A DNA stretch of 62,503 bases, counting the filler, from Hausera hauseri (lineage: Eukaryota): NCBI GenBank assembly GCA_046269625.1. It is 11 parts of 11 records of this genome, joined end to end, with 100 filler letters (N's around TTAATTAATTAA, not from the genome) between each part and the next. Parts side by side here need not be neighbours in the genome. Positions count along the whole stretch, not along the records: positions 48,155 to 52,767 come from JBJURY010504019.1; positions 52,868 to 57,364 come from JBJURY010553228.1; positions 57,465 to 62,503 come from JBJURY010354264.1; 8 more parts are not named here. One strand, 5' to 3'. Shown here piece after piece: positions 51,138 to 62,503 of this stretch; position 1 is the first letter of the stretch, and the number at the start of each line of letters is the position of its first letter. The notes beneath the pieces were generated by a model, which saw nothing but the letters and a program-made list of their open reading frames with translations, ran no database searches and was not told the DNA's origin. Both the position numbers and the translations under genes were made by a program.

Positions 51138-51410
51138 ATGGAAGAGTATATTGAAAGTGAAATTCAGAGACTGACCGATGACATTTTGACCGGACATGTA
51201 TTTGATGTACAGTTTTTTGTGGTCACAGAAACGGGAATAATGAGCAGACTAGAGCATATTGAATTGATAGATATATCTCTCTTCGTAAAACGTATCGAGA
51301 ATGAAATGAGACGAAAACCGCAACAACGACGGCGGATTACTTTCCTCATTGGACTTGCATTTTCTGCTTCGCTTTGTATTGTAAGGAAAAAGTTGATTGA
51401 ACTTATTTAA
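51138..51410 (+). CDS. Small hypothetical ORF divergent from pPolB
   Basis: ATG ORF preceded by TATAAA motifs near 51094 and 51128; no family recognised. Confidence 0.4.
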   Translation: MEEYIESEIQRLTDDILTGHVFDVQFFVVTETGIMSRLEHIELIDISLFVKRIENEMRRKPQQRRRITFLIGLAFSASLCIVRKKLIELI

Positions 51411-51517
51411 TCACAAATGATGCATTTATTTTCGTAAATCAATATAATTTATTTCGCGTGTCTTTGTTATTACATTTCAGTATAAAAACGCGTTACTTTA
51501 CGGTATCACATTACGAC

Positions 51518-51967
51518 ATGTCCCATTTAACAGAACTCATTCGTTTATATTACTCGTTCGACGGTCTGCGAAGTCACCTTTACAATGTTGATAGACCTTT
51601 ACATAACGCACGATACTGTTCGCCCGAAGAAATACTCCAGCATGCTGAAGACAATTGGAGGGCACGAGAACTTTATGTGCGACATATGAAGCAGGTTGTT
51701 GGTGACATGGATATGATATTCGGTCAGTTGTTTCGCACCTGTCGGAAATTGGCGGATTACTATGCGTTGGATGACAATCCATGTCAAATACGGTTTGTGG
51801 AAGATTTTGTCAAATGTGATTAGATTGGTGATTACATTCCAACGTGGAAGTTAGCGGATCGGATTTGTTTCAAGCAACATTGCAATGTAACTAATTCTCA
51901 TGGACTCGTTCATTCTCCTGATGATTTGGTTAACCCATATGCTTTGTGTGCTCCTAATATTCATTAA
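51518..51967 (+). pseudogene. Hypothetical ORF with one internal TAG (51821), Cys/His-rich end
   Basis: The frame of 51458-51823 continues IGDYIPTWKLADRICFKQHCNV..HGLVH..CAPNIH to TAA at 51965. Confidence 0.35.
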
Positions 51968-52101
51968 AAGCCATTTACTTGTTCGACTCAGACTTGACTT
52001 GGCAGCATACCTGATTGTTATAGCCAGACAGGTGTGGTTCGACCAAAAACTAGGTTACCGAAAAACTAAATGATCCTTATAGTTAGACACGTGAGGAAAT
52101 G

Positions 52102-52767
52102 CAGGTGTCCGAAACTGGGTCAGTCCAAAATTTTTTCCGACTCAACTCATTGCGGTGAGTCCGAATATTCAGGTGTCCAAAACTGGGTCAGTCTACAATT
52201 TTTTCCGACTCAGCTCATTGCGGTGAGTTGGATTATGCAGGTATCCGAAACTGGGCCAGTCTACAATTTTTTCCGACTCAGCTCATTGCGGTGAGTCCGA
52301 ATATTCAGGTGTCCAAAACTGGGTCAGTTTACAATTTTTTTCTACTCAACTCATTGCGGTGAGTCCGAATATACATATGTTCGAAACTGGGTCAATCCAA
52401 AACCTTTTCCGACTCAATTTATTGCGGTTAGTCGGATTATGCAGGTGTCCGAAACTGGGTCAATCCAAAACTTTTTCCGACTCAACTCATTGCAGTGAGT
52501 CCGAATATTTAGGTGTCCAAAACTGGGTTAGTCTACAATTTTTTCCGACTCAGTTCATTGCAGTGAGTCCTAATATGCAGGTGTCCGAAACTGAGTCAGT
52601 CCAAAATTTTTCCGACTCAACTCATTGCGGTGAGTTGGATTATGCAGGTATCCGAAACTGGGTCAGTTCGAATTTTTTCGACTCAACTCGTTGCGGTGAG
52701 TCCGAATATACATATGTTCGAAACTGGGTCAATCCAAAACCTTTTCCGACTCAATTTATTGCGGTTA
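52102..52767. repeat. 68-bp tandem repeat array (~10 units, runs off contig) with an internal inverted repeat
   Basis: Units start at 52102, 52170, 52238, 52306, 52374...; consensus CAGGTGTCCGAAACTGGGTCAGTCCAAAATTTTTTCCGACTCAACTCATTGCGGTGAGTCCGAATATT. Confidence 0.95.
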
Positions 52768-52984
52768 NNNNNNNNNNNNNNNNNNNNNNNNNNNNNNNNN
52801 NNNNNNNNNNNTTAATTAATTAANNNNNNNNNNNNNNNNNNNNNNNNNNNNNNNNNNNNNNNNNNNNCTTTTTTTCAATTTTTTCAAAAAAACAGTGATA
52901 AAATTTAAGTAGTATATAATATCAGTATTTCAAAAAAATGAAAAAAATGTTTTCAAATACTGACATTATATACTACTAACGCCA

Positions 52985-55900
52985 AACATCAGCAAGCCCT
53001 TACGAGTACTTTCAAAACAATAAAAGTCAGAAACAGCAGCAGCAGCAGGAACGTGAACCGCCCCTTACTGTCAAGTACAACCTGAACAGATTGTACGTAG
53101 ACATGAAGTTGGATATATCAGCGAAAACCGCAACGCAATGGAAGGATGTACCTGCTAATGTGCGTAACCGGGTGAAATCAGAGGAGCCAATTCCTCCAAC
53201 ACCACCACCATTGCAAAGTGCAATATTATGCACTTGCAGAATTCGAAAATCTGCAGGGTGACAGGAAACAATGGTACCTGTCACATCGAGCCGTAGCATA
53301 CTATGAAGATTTTATTGCCGATGTAGGCAAAAAGCTTGATGAAAAATCTCCAGATTCATCGAAAAGGGCAGTGGTTGACGAATTGTACAAATCGTTACTC
53401 TTGGCTTTATTCTGACCAAGACGAATGACATGATTTACCTGTCCGTACGTTCATTCATACCGACACCAGCAACCTTAAAGCAGTCTCGGGCAGTAGTATA
53501 TGTACAAAATACTAACGACGAATATTGCTTTATTTACAGCATTCTGGCCGTATTGAAATATGATCAAGTGTCCAGACATCATGAAAATTGTGCAACGTAG
53601 TACAGTAAATGTTTCTCAGAATTGGATTACGACGCTTGTTGGATGCCGATGAAACTTGAAACCATTCCGCCTTTTGAACGGCGTAATTCTACACTGGCAA
53701 TCAACGTGTTCCGGTTCAACACAATCGTAGAGATACATATGTAAAAAAATTGTACAAGAATCTTCACATGGACATAATTTACGACAGTTGAAATCCAATT
53801 GAAGGCCCAGTAAATTTGAAAAAAAGTTTCATTACACGGCCGTGACCAATTTGGACAGATTGTTGAACATGGAGCACAACCAGTTCATCAAAAAGCGTAT
53901 ACGGTGCAAATGATGTCCCGCGTGTTTGCATGGATTCCGGTCAAATGAGACATGGGCAAAGCATGTGGCGTTGTGCAGGCAAACGTCGCCAGGAACCACA
54001 ATGTGTATTATTCCAGTCAAAAAGGAGTTGAGATTTAGTGATTTGTCAAAAACGGTCAATCCGGCATATGTGGTGTATGCCGATATCAAAGCAATTCTAC
54101 CACGGCACAATGCATAAGATCAAAAGCGCGTTTCAATTGCTGTCGGTATGTTGCTAGTACCAATAAAACCCGCCGGACAACCGCAGCATTACGTTTTCCA
54201 CGATTGGAACTGTGTACGTGGTTTTCTGCAGCAGTTGGAAACCATAGTGGAAACGGAGGTCGCGCCGTGGTATCGCAACAAATGCATTAAGCCATTGATT
54301 TGGGCAGACGAATATCAACCGTTGCTTTTCGCTGTCACTGATGAACACTATCTGTGCCACAAAATAATACCCTTTGATGCACAGGAACGTCTCGTACCGA
54401 ATTAAAACCATTTCACCGGTCTATACTTGAAAGCAGCATGCAATTCATACAACTTAGGAAGGCGACTGCGACCATTCCTTCCGATGATCTTTTATAATTT
54501 CCAAGGTTATGACTGTCACCATATTCTCAAATGGGCCATTAACGGCTTTCCGTACTGGGAACTGTCCATAATCCCAACGACAATGGAGAAATACCTATCG
54601 CTGTTGGGACGAGTAAGCCGATTCCAGGTATGCATCCTTGATTCATTGCAATTTCTCAACGAATCAAAGCTAGTAAATTTCTTGCCAGATATGTCGATAG
54701 CACTGACGCAGTTCCCTGCACATATTGAATGCAGCAAAGGCATATTTCCATATTACTTTGCAACATCATATGAGCGACTCCGGAAAGCAGAGGAATTACC
54801 GTCGCGATAAACAGGTATCGTCGAAGGTAGATATCGGAGAGCACAAGAATCTTGGACACAACTGAGTTGTAGAAACATTTTGGATCACATGCTCCAGTAT
54901 CTTAAACTGGGCGTGTACTTATTAGCCGACGTTTTCGAAGCATTTCGTACCAAGGCGCTGATGGAAGATAGGTTGGAGCCACTGAATTTTTATTCCATAT
55001 CGGGAATGAGTTGGGCGTCAGCTCTAATGTCACTGGATCGAGATTGAGCTGCTCCAAGACTGGGAAATATACCAGCTGCTTCATGTTGGTATTCGCGGTA
55101 GCATGAAATTTGTCAACAAGCATCAGGTCAGTGATATTGATATCACATCACTGATCTATATTGATATTAATAACCTGTACGGCTAGGCACTTTCACAACC
55201 CTTGCCGTATAGTTCATCTGAATGGTTAGTCGACAAACAAGATCTGGATGACATAATGGTGAACCTACCACGAGTACACATGGCAGGCTCAGTCGGATAC
55301 TTAATGGAGGTCGATCTCGAGATACCATATGAACCGCATGACGTTTTGGACGATTTACCAGTTGCACCATTTAACCAATATCCGCCAGGCTGAAAAGTGA
55401 AGAAACTGCTCATGACGCATGAACCGAAGCTGAAATATGTGGTCCATTGGAGTCTGCTACAGTACTACTTACAGCTAAACATACGCGTCACACAGCTGCA
55501 TCGTGCAATCAGATTTGCTCAGGCCCCCATATTCAAGGCGTATATAGATGAAAATTGGGAGAAAAAAGCCGCAGCTTGTACATAGTTCGAAAAGGACTAC
55601 TAAAAGCTGAAAATCAATTCCCTGTATGGAAAAATAGTGGAGAATCTGGAAAAGTGGCTCAATGCGCTTATGCAACTCGGAAAAGCGACTAGTTACGTAT
55701 ACCAGCAAGAAACAATTTCGACGGTCAATACACATTGTCGATTAATTGGTTGTGGTGCTGTTAAACAGAGAAGAAGTCGTTCTGGACCGGCCAAGTTACA
55801 TCGAACAAGTGGTATTGGACCTAAGCAAGTTGCGGATGTATGAGATGCAATATCGGGTTTTGGTACGATACCGCCAAATGTTCGGCGGCGTCAATACTGA

Positions 55901-56390
55901 CATAATTGCCGGTAACACAGATAGTTTTTTTCTGCGGCTGAAAAAACTCAATCGCAAACAACTACTGCAGCATATGATGGCAGACGAATTACTGGACACG
56001 TCCAATTACCCACAGAATTATCCATTGTACAGCAAGGCCATCACAAACAAAATCGGCTGCTTCAAGGATAAAAGTGAAGGTCGGATTCAGTATCGGGAAA
56101 GGATAATTCTACGGCCAAAATGTTATAGCCTTTTAACCGACGGTGGACCGAAAATGCGCGCCAAGGGAGTTCAGTTGGCCAAGACAAAAATAAACCACGG
56201 TGATTATCGCCGTGTCTGTGAAAAAGAAGGAGGACAATCAAAGGCTGTTGTGTCTCAAACGATCATACGATCAATTGAGCACCAGTTGTATACGGTGATC
56301 GATACAAAATTCGCTTTATCATGCAGTGATAAAGGAAAGTGTGTGGGACGAAATAAGAGTTGGGCGTACGGACATTGGCGTTTGAGATAA
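52985..56390 (+). pseudogene. Protein-primed PolB, same family as 48155-50860, near full length and degenerate
   Basis: Colinear with the contig-9 copy; adds KLKINSLYGK, LDLSKLRMYE, AGNTDSFF (DTDS site altered), LRPKCYS, MRAKGVQ. Confidence 0.92.
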
Positions 56391-56653
56391 CACACGTTTA
56401 GTGTTCACAAACAGTTCAGTGCAAACATGCAATTAAGTCCAGCTAGACCATTGACATTAACAGTTTTTGTCTTCTGTTTTATAGCAAGGAAATGGGGCTT
56501 AAGTTCGTTTATTGAAAATAAATTTAAAAATCTCATTACTCAAAACCTCAAATACTTTTCATTACTAATTTAAATCACAACACCAAAAACTCAAATAAAT
56601 TTTATTATAAATCATAAACTAACAACACCAAAAACTAAAAAGAGTATGTCAAG

Positions 56654-56953
56654 TCAATTCATTGCGGTAAACTTCCCCAACCTCCACACTGGCGATTTAA
56701 TACCGTGCAGTTCCTTATATCCTTTCAGCTTCACTGTCAAGTATCCTTTTACTCCTTCCATTGGCAATACTGCGGTTTATCCACTTGCACTCACAATTTT
56801 CGCCCTGTTGCCTTTAAGGAAAAGCGAGGATGTGTCCCGATTATCATTGAACAACATCAAATCACTGTCCACTTTCTTTATCGTTTCCTCCAATGCATCT
56901 GGGTCACTGTCACCGATTTTTTTTACCAACAGACCATATTTTATTTGTTTCAT
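56654..56953 (-). pseudogene. Small convergent ORF with one internal stop, possibly an OB-fold ssDNA-binding-like protein
   Basis: MKQIKYGLLV...LFLKGNRAKIVSASG*...GYLTVKLKGYKELHGIKSPVWRLGKF; beta-strand pattern only. Confidence 0.3.
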
Positions 56954-57465
56954 TTTAATCTATGTTGATAATTGCACTAGAATGGGGGTTAGCAGGAAGT
57001 GAAGATTGTACCCGTTGTACACTCTGGACTGTCTGAGGGAATGCGGATTGTACTTGGACTCACTGTTCCTTTCTAGATACATATTAAGGACTAAAAGTAA
57101 AAATGAAATGGACTTACTAAAACCTGGCACAACTGAACTGCCGATGTTGTTGTCGTTGTTGTTGCTGCTGCAGATGCTACTGTTTTATTGTACAGATATT
57201 TTAGAGACAAAGTGAAATGAAAAGACATTCATATTCATACCAAATTTATTCAAATCCGTTTATTTTCGTTGTAAACAATGTACCAAATATGTATCAACCG
57301 GTTTGCCATCATTGTAAACAATAGACAACGGTTAATGAAGCCAGTGACCAAATTTGCTCCAACTNNNNNNNNNNNNNNNNNNNNNNNNNNNNNNNNNNNN
57401 NNNNNNNNTTAATTAATTAANNNNNNNNNNNNNNNNNNNNNNNNNNNNNNNNNNNNNNNNNNNNA

Positions 57466-58157
57466 GCAGTAAACGGAAAAACTCCGAAAATAAAATACTG
57501 TTCTGTTCATGCCGGTGTGCAACACCCATGTTGTAAGCTACCAGTAAACCAAGAATTCAAAATAAAATTTGATCTATATTAAGTAAGACCGAATACACCC
57601 AGCAAACATTTGCGAACTTATTAGCCAAAGGATAGAGTATGGAGGAGTCCAATAGAAACTACAACCGAAAAGCCGACTACTCAAGTTAGTGCCATTACGA
57701 GATCCGATACATTAAACATTATGCCTAAAAGAGAATAAAAAAGTATACCTATAAAATAATCGGTACATAGATTTAAAATTGTGTTCTTTGTAAAAGAAAA
57801 ACAAAATTATGATATACATCTAAGTTGTCGAACGACGTATAATAATCAAATTGTAACACTGGTTAGAGACCTTACCGGGCAAAATGCATTTTGCTAAAAC
57901 CACAATCCGATTATATAATCCAAGTATATGCAGCAGATAAACTAAACCAAACAATTAAATTGCGTAGCTTAGATGTAAATTGTCCAGAATTGCATATATA
58001 TGCAAACATAGATGATGAAATCGCAACTCCAGTCACCACACAAGCACCAATGGAATTAACCGCTTTAAGGATCATATCGATTGTCGTACTGTCAACGTTT
58101 GTTCCCACTACATTGATTGAAATTTTTTCGGTTAGTTGCCAAAAATTATCATTCTAA
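57466..58157 (+). pseudogene. Degenerate membrane protein: Cys-rich repeat, Thr-rich stalk, FN3-like segment, TM
   Basis: CSVHAGVQHPCC.., ETTTEKPTT, LKPQSDYIIQVYA (FN3-like), hydrophobic IISIVVLSTFVPTTLIEIFSV. Confidence 0.5.
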
Positions 58158-58281
58158 GCTTCCTAGGATCACAGAATGGAAATTAAGGGAAAGGGAACCC
58201 ACGATTGATCCTATGATAAAATAACATAACAAATACAGAACGGGTTATTTTCTCATTGGTTTAAATTCAGGAACCTCATTT

Positions 58282-59702
58282 ATGGTAATAGTAACCCTTA
58301 TTGTTCATTTTTCAGACTTGAAACCGATCACAAGGCCAGACGACGTAGCATCGACGAACCAAGAAAAGAGAGCGCTCAGGAACTCCGACATAGTATCGAC
58401 AGATTCTTCCAGAATCACGCTACCGTACTACTCCCAAATTCTAACTCCATATACCGAAAAATTCACAATGAATTGCATAGAAGCGTTTCCGTAAAATACG
58501 ACCAGGTCCACGCAATTCCAAACAATTTGAAAGGAGTCACCGAAGAAAAGAGAATCCTTTGCTTATATGCTATGAAGGACGACAGAGATGGCAAAGCGTA
58601 CTTCCTTAAACAACTGTTAGATTACGAACTTGGCCGAAATATCTACATATATCTAGCCTACGGTAAAATATATTACCTATTCAAGGATCAGGAATGGAAT
58701 AGGAACAAGGGAAGGCAGTATAGGTTTAGTACTTTTAGCCCATGCAGTAAAGATTTGCAGCTTTGGAATTCCGAGTAGCTGCTCTTCCCGTCAAGATAAT
58801 ATTCGAAATAACTTATGAAGAACAAATCCGAGTTCCGTTGCCACCCTTAGAATTTTGGCAAAAACCATCAACAGGAGAGCTGAAAATCTCTTTAAAATCA
58901 TATAGATTGGCACCAGACGCCAAAAATACCAGAATTGTAGCTATCAACTGTGGAGAAGGAAGTAATGTAGAGAAAATTGCAATGGAAATCTCCATTAGAG
59001 AAACAAACGGAGTAGAGGTATACCACACGATCATCAGTCCGAGAAGACGTGTCAGAGAAACACATTACGACCTAAGAGGAATCCGCAAGGAAACCCTTCA
59101 AAACGGAAAGAATATCAGACTTATACACACCAAGTTGGAGCATTGTCTATATGGGTATGTCATTGCTGGATATCTTATTCACGAAACTATGGAATTATTA
59201 CAAGTACCAGCAAACCAAGAGGTTATTACGAGAAAGGAATTATCCCATGCCAAAAATTATGGATGCCTACTTTAAATTATTAGTCGGCGCCATGAGTAGT
59301 AGCCATATCAAAATCAGCAAGAGGTTGACAGCGAGTCAACGCACCCAATACCTCCGTGACATTTATGCATGTCTAAAATGGGATCACAGATGGATTCCTA
59401 GCAACCCAGGACGAAATGTACGCAGCTCTTGAGACCCAGAATTTATAAACAGAAAGTATCGAAAGCAGTATTGTCCATACAGCCCATACAGAACTGTTGA
59501 ACCCATGGAACCGGACAATCTTCGAATAACAATCCGGAGAGATGTCCAAGGACTAAGCAGAGATGAATTACCTAGTACCAGTTACAAAAGACCTGAAACG
59601 ATAACACAAGAACCGGCTACAACCGGAGTATTTAAAGTTTGTCATATTCCCAAGAAAAAGAAAAGAATAGAAATGCCAACCCAAGTATCGAAAGAAAAAT
59701 AA
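58282..59702 (+). pseudogene. Frameshifted coding region of unknown product
   Basis: Chain of overlapping + strand ORFs with A-rich, protein-like composition; no motif recognised. Confidence 0.35.
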
Positions 59703-60029
59703 CCTTCTATGACTACCTATTTAAGAATGCAAATAAAGTGACGGTCCCGAGACAGGCAGACCAATCCAATAAAATACCCAAATTGCAAAAGAAGTAGAAA
59801 ATCAACTAACAACATCTAGCCGAGTGTTACCTAAAACTGCAGAAAAATCTACAGAGATGACATGTGGACGTGAAAATGTAGAAGGCAAATTCCAGCAAAA
59901 ATTTACTGAAGTGAACCTACTCAGGAAACGACACATACAAGGAGACGTACATTTCAGAACAACCAAGTATCGCCCAAGAATGTTAGTGATTAACGAACAC
60001 TATAGTCGCAAAAAATTGAAAAAATGATG

Positions 60030-60520
60030 TTCTATATAGAGACTCCGTGATATTGTTCAGCTCTGTGATATTGTCCTTGGTCGTTCGAGTGACATGAGGA
60101 GGGGCATTTGTTTGCTGCAGCAAGACATATTTCAGCTCGGTCAGAGCGGGATACTTGAATTTGAGGACTTCATACATTCCTTTCAACCGATCAGGATACA
60201 GTTAGACTGTTATTCCGCATCCATCGGAGCCAAATTCAAATAGTATAGAATCTCGTAGTTCCACCAGGCATGTAGGAAAACATTATGTTCATATGTGCCA
60301 TATTCGGCAATTAGTCTAGGAAGCTGATCAGAGTTTAATCATTGATTTCGGAAAAAAATCCATTTCTTATTGGAAGTTACAATCCTTTTAATGAACCGTT
60401 CATCATTTGGGATGGAAAGAAGTTTTTGACAGATTTTTACACGTCGCTCTGCTTGATCAGGACTTAGTTCATGGGGAACAACTCTGCATCTCCTATTCAC
60501 CTTTCCATGGGAGACCACAT
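60030..60520 (-). mobile_element. Tc1/mariner transposase remnant
   Basis: Minus strand VVPHELSPDQ..RVKICQKLL..FIKRIVTSNKKWIFF (WVPHEL and VTxDEKW positions) and VLLQQTNAPPH (DNAxPH position). Confidence 0.8.
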
Positions 60521-60539
60521 CTTCTGTTCAATTGAACAT

Positions 60540-62503
60540 TAGGGTGGTGCAAAAAGTGATGTTTTGAATTCTGCAATTTAATAATGTGGAAAGGGTGTGT
60601 TTAGTGGTAGTTAACTGCTGTGCAAAATTTCAGAAACTTTTACTTATTTTAACAGGTGCCCTAAGCATGTTTAAAATTTGGACTTCGGTATATAACACTG
60701 TAGGGTTTAGGCTCTTTCGCTGCCTATCTGGCAAACGAATGTCCTTTGATTAAATTGACTCACCATCTAGCTGGCAGTTATTACATCACGTTTATTATAA
60801 AAGTAAAAACAAAGTGACCGTTCGGGACAGCAGCAAAGCAACAAATGAAGAAACAAGGGCATTGTTCTGACCGGCGCCTGAATCCGCACGACTCGGATTG
60901 GCCAATTAGCGCAAGGCTAGCTCTGTCGCTGCAACCTTACGTATGCGTAAAAATATATCAGTACAGGTATAAACAAAGTCTATCTAACGGTTGTGTTCAA
61001 ATTTTTTTTCAAGTTTGTTTTGCCTTTTGGAGTCTCTATATTCATAAATCTGCAACTCGGGATACCTTTTTCTTGTTTTATACTTTATGTATAGCTAACT
61101 CATAATAAGTATGTTTAGTAATCAAACTATTAAAACATCGCAATGAATTAAATTTACAATAATGTCTTTCAAGCATTATGCCTATTACGACACACTGATT
61201 ATCACAATGCTAAAACACAATTCTCAGAATAATCGCTTTTTAAATTTAAATTTTGTTATAATAAATGCTACTATTATTTTTTATATTTTTCATTTAACTT
61301 TTGATTATGTGCTTCAGATAATCTCCAGGAAAAAGATGTGATCTAATATTGTTACTAGGATGGCACAAAATTGCCCAGTTTTTGGTCATTCATATAAATT
61401 ACCTACAAATGTATTGCCAACTTACACGGACATGATGAAGCATTACACTCACACAAGACAAAAGTTCAGGTCAGAAAAAGCGAAAGAGACAACGGTAAAT
61501 CAAATAGCTGAAATTGTTGCAACAGATATCGAAGCTGTATGGCACAAAGCTTCCATTCCAGTTGTTTATCGCACCAAAGTTCTCAAATTGATCAGAAATT
61601 CCTATGATGAACTCAGAAAGCTCATGAAACCATTTAAAGTAAGAAAGACAGACAAAATCTACATGTTGAAATTATAGACATGCAAACAAAAGTACACAGA
61701 AGCTGTTTGACATTGCATACTGCAAATCTGCTTGTGACATCTGTACGTGTGTAAAGCAAGGCAAAGTACCATCTCGAGAACAATATATTTTGCAAGATCA
61801 GAGAACTGTAAAGCTGATGTTTTTTGGTATTGTTAGCTCAGCCAAATTAAAAAAAGCGATATGAGCGCAAAGTTAAGGAGAATTCAAGAGCTAAAGTGGC
61901 ATTGGAACTTATTTTGAATGATCAATATTGTGGAGTGGTAACCTCTTTAAATAGTGCGGAATCATCAGATGCTGATATTGAAAACGATGAAGATTCAACT
62001 AAGATCAATGAAGAAAACAATACTACGATTACAATTAGTGAGACATGTACCTTATCTACATCGCGTTTTAGCAGAAATCAAATGAGAAGAATACTACAAA
62101 AATTAGCAAAAATATGTGATAAATTTGCTGTATCAGATAAGGTGGGTGCAGCAGTTGCAACTGCAGTACTAGAAGATTTTGGTATAGTTTCACAAACTGA
62201 GTCAGCCAATGTAATTGACCATTATAAACTGCGACGTGGGCGCACGTTGGCTAGATATCGTTCAATGGACACAACTGATCTAATTCAAACTCTCTACTTC
62301 GACAGACGTAAGGACAAAACAATGAAACTCGAGAAGAAAGGAAGCCGTTTGTATCGAAAACTAGTTACTGAAGAATATATTACTCTTGAGTGAACCTGAT
62401 GGAAAATTTACAACGCATTTGTCGTCTATATCATCATCAGTTCAAGGAATTGCTGACAGCATATTCACTTACTGTGATACAATGGACAGATCATCAGCAA
62501 CAT
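60540..62503 (+). mobile_element. hAT-superfamily (hATm-like) transposon, 5' part; degenerate transposase from 61360
   Basis: CPVFG..LPTY, VWHKASIPVV, LFDIA.CK, LQDQRT, CDKFAVSDKVGAAVATAVL.D, LYFDRRKDKT, EEYITL.EP. Begins TAGGGTG, the terminus I recall for hATm. Confidence 0.7.

Noticed and set aside
52102-52767. Possible CRISPR array
   Set aside because: Whole 68-bp units repeat with no unique spacers, there are no cas genes, and the context is eukaryotic.
15479-56390. Whole window as one giant-virus genome (PolB genes, RINGs, SNF2)
   Set aside because: The contigs are unlinked, POLE, CHD1L and WDR91 are cellular-type genes with spliceosomal introns, and no NCLDV core genes were recognised.
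56654-56668. TCAATTCATTGCGGT resembling the 68-bp repeat core
   Set aside because: Short isolated match lying inside a minus-strand coding frame; chance is sufficient.

Overview
Eukaryotic, AT-rich DNA, not a prokaryotic locus. It is 11 unrelated contigs joined by artificial 100-nt spacers (44 N + TTAATTAATTAA + 44 N), so adjacency across a spacer means nothing. Host-type genes: an almost intronless DNA polymerase epsilon catalytic subunit (POLE), a CHD1L/ALC1-like SNF2 ATPase and a decayed WDR91, all with 43-51 nt introns, pointing to a compact, probably animal, genome. The rest is mostly mobile or viral DNA: three degenerate copies of a Ty3/gypsy retroelement, three Polinton/Maverick(adintovirus)-type protein-primed PolB remnants (one with a major capsid protein and an adenain-like protease), and Chapaev3-, EnSpm-, mariner- and hATm-like transposase fragments. 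Two candidate novel systems stand out. (1) The gypsy element carries a chuvirus-type envelope glycoprotein UPSTREAM of pol. Overlapping ORFs from the three copies suggest one polyprotein: unknown helical N-terminal region - internal signal peptide - glycoprotein - TM - protease - RT - RNase H - integrase - second internal hydrophobic segment - Cys-rich domain. (2) A repeated CRE/TATA promoter drives a short phase-1 leader exon that is splice-compatible with an array of RING/zinc-finger cassettes, each with a phase-1 acceptor and usually its own AATAAA. All family assignments come from recognising motifs by eye; no database search was run.
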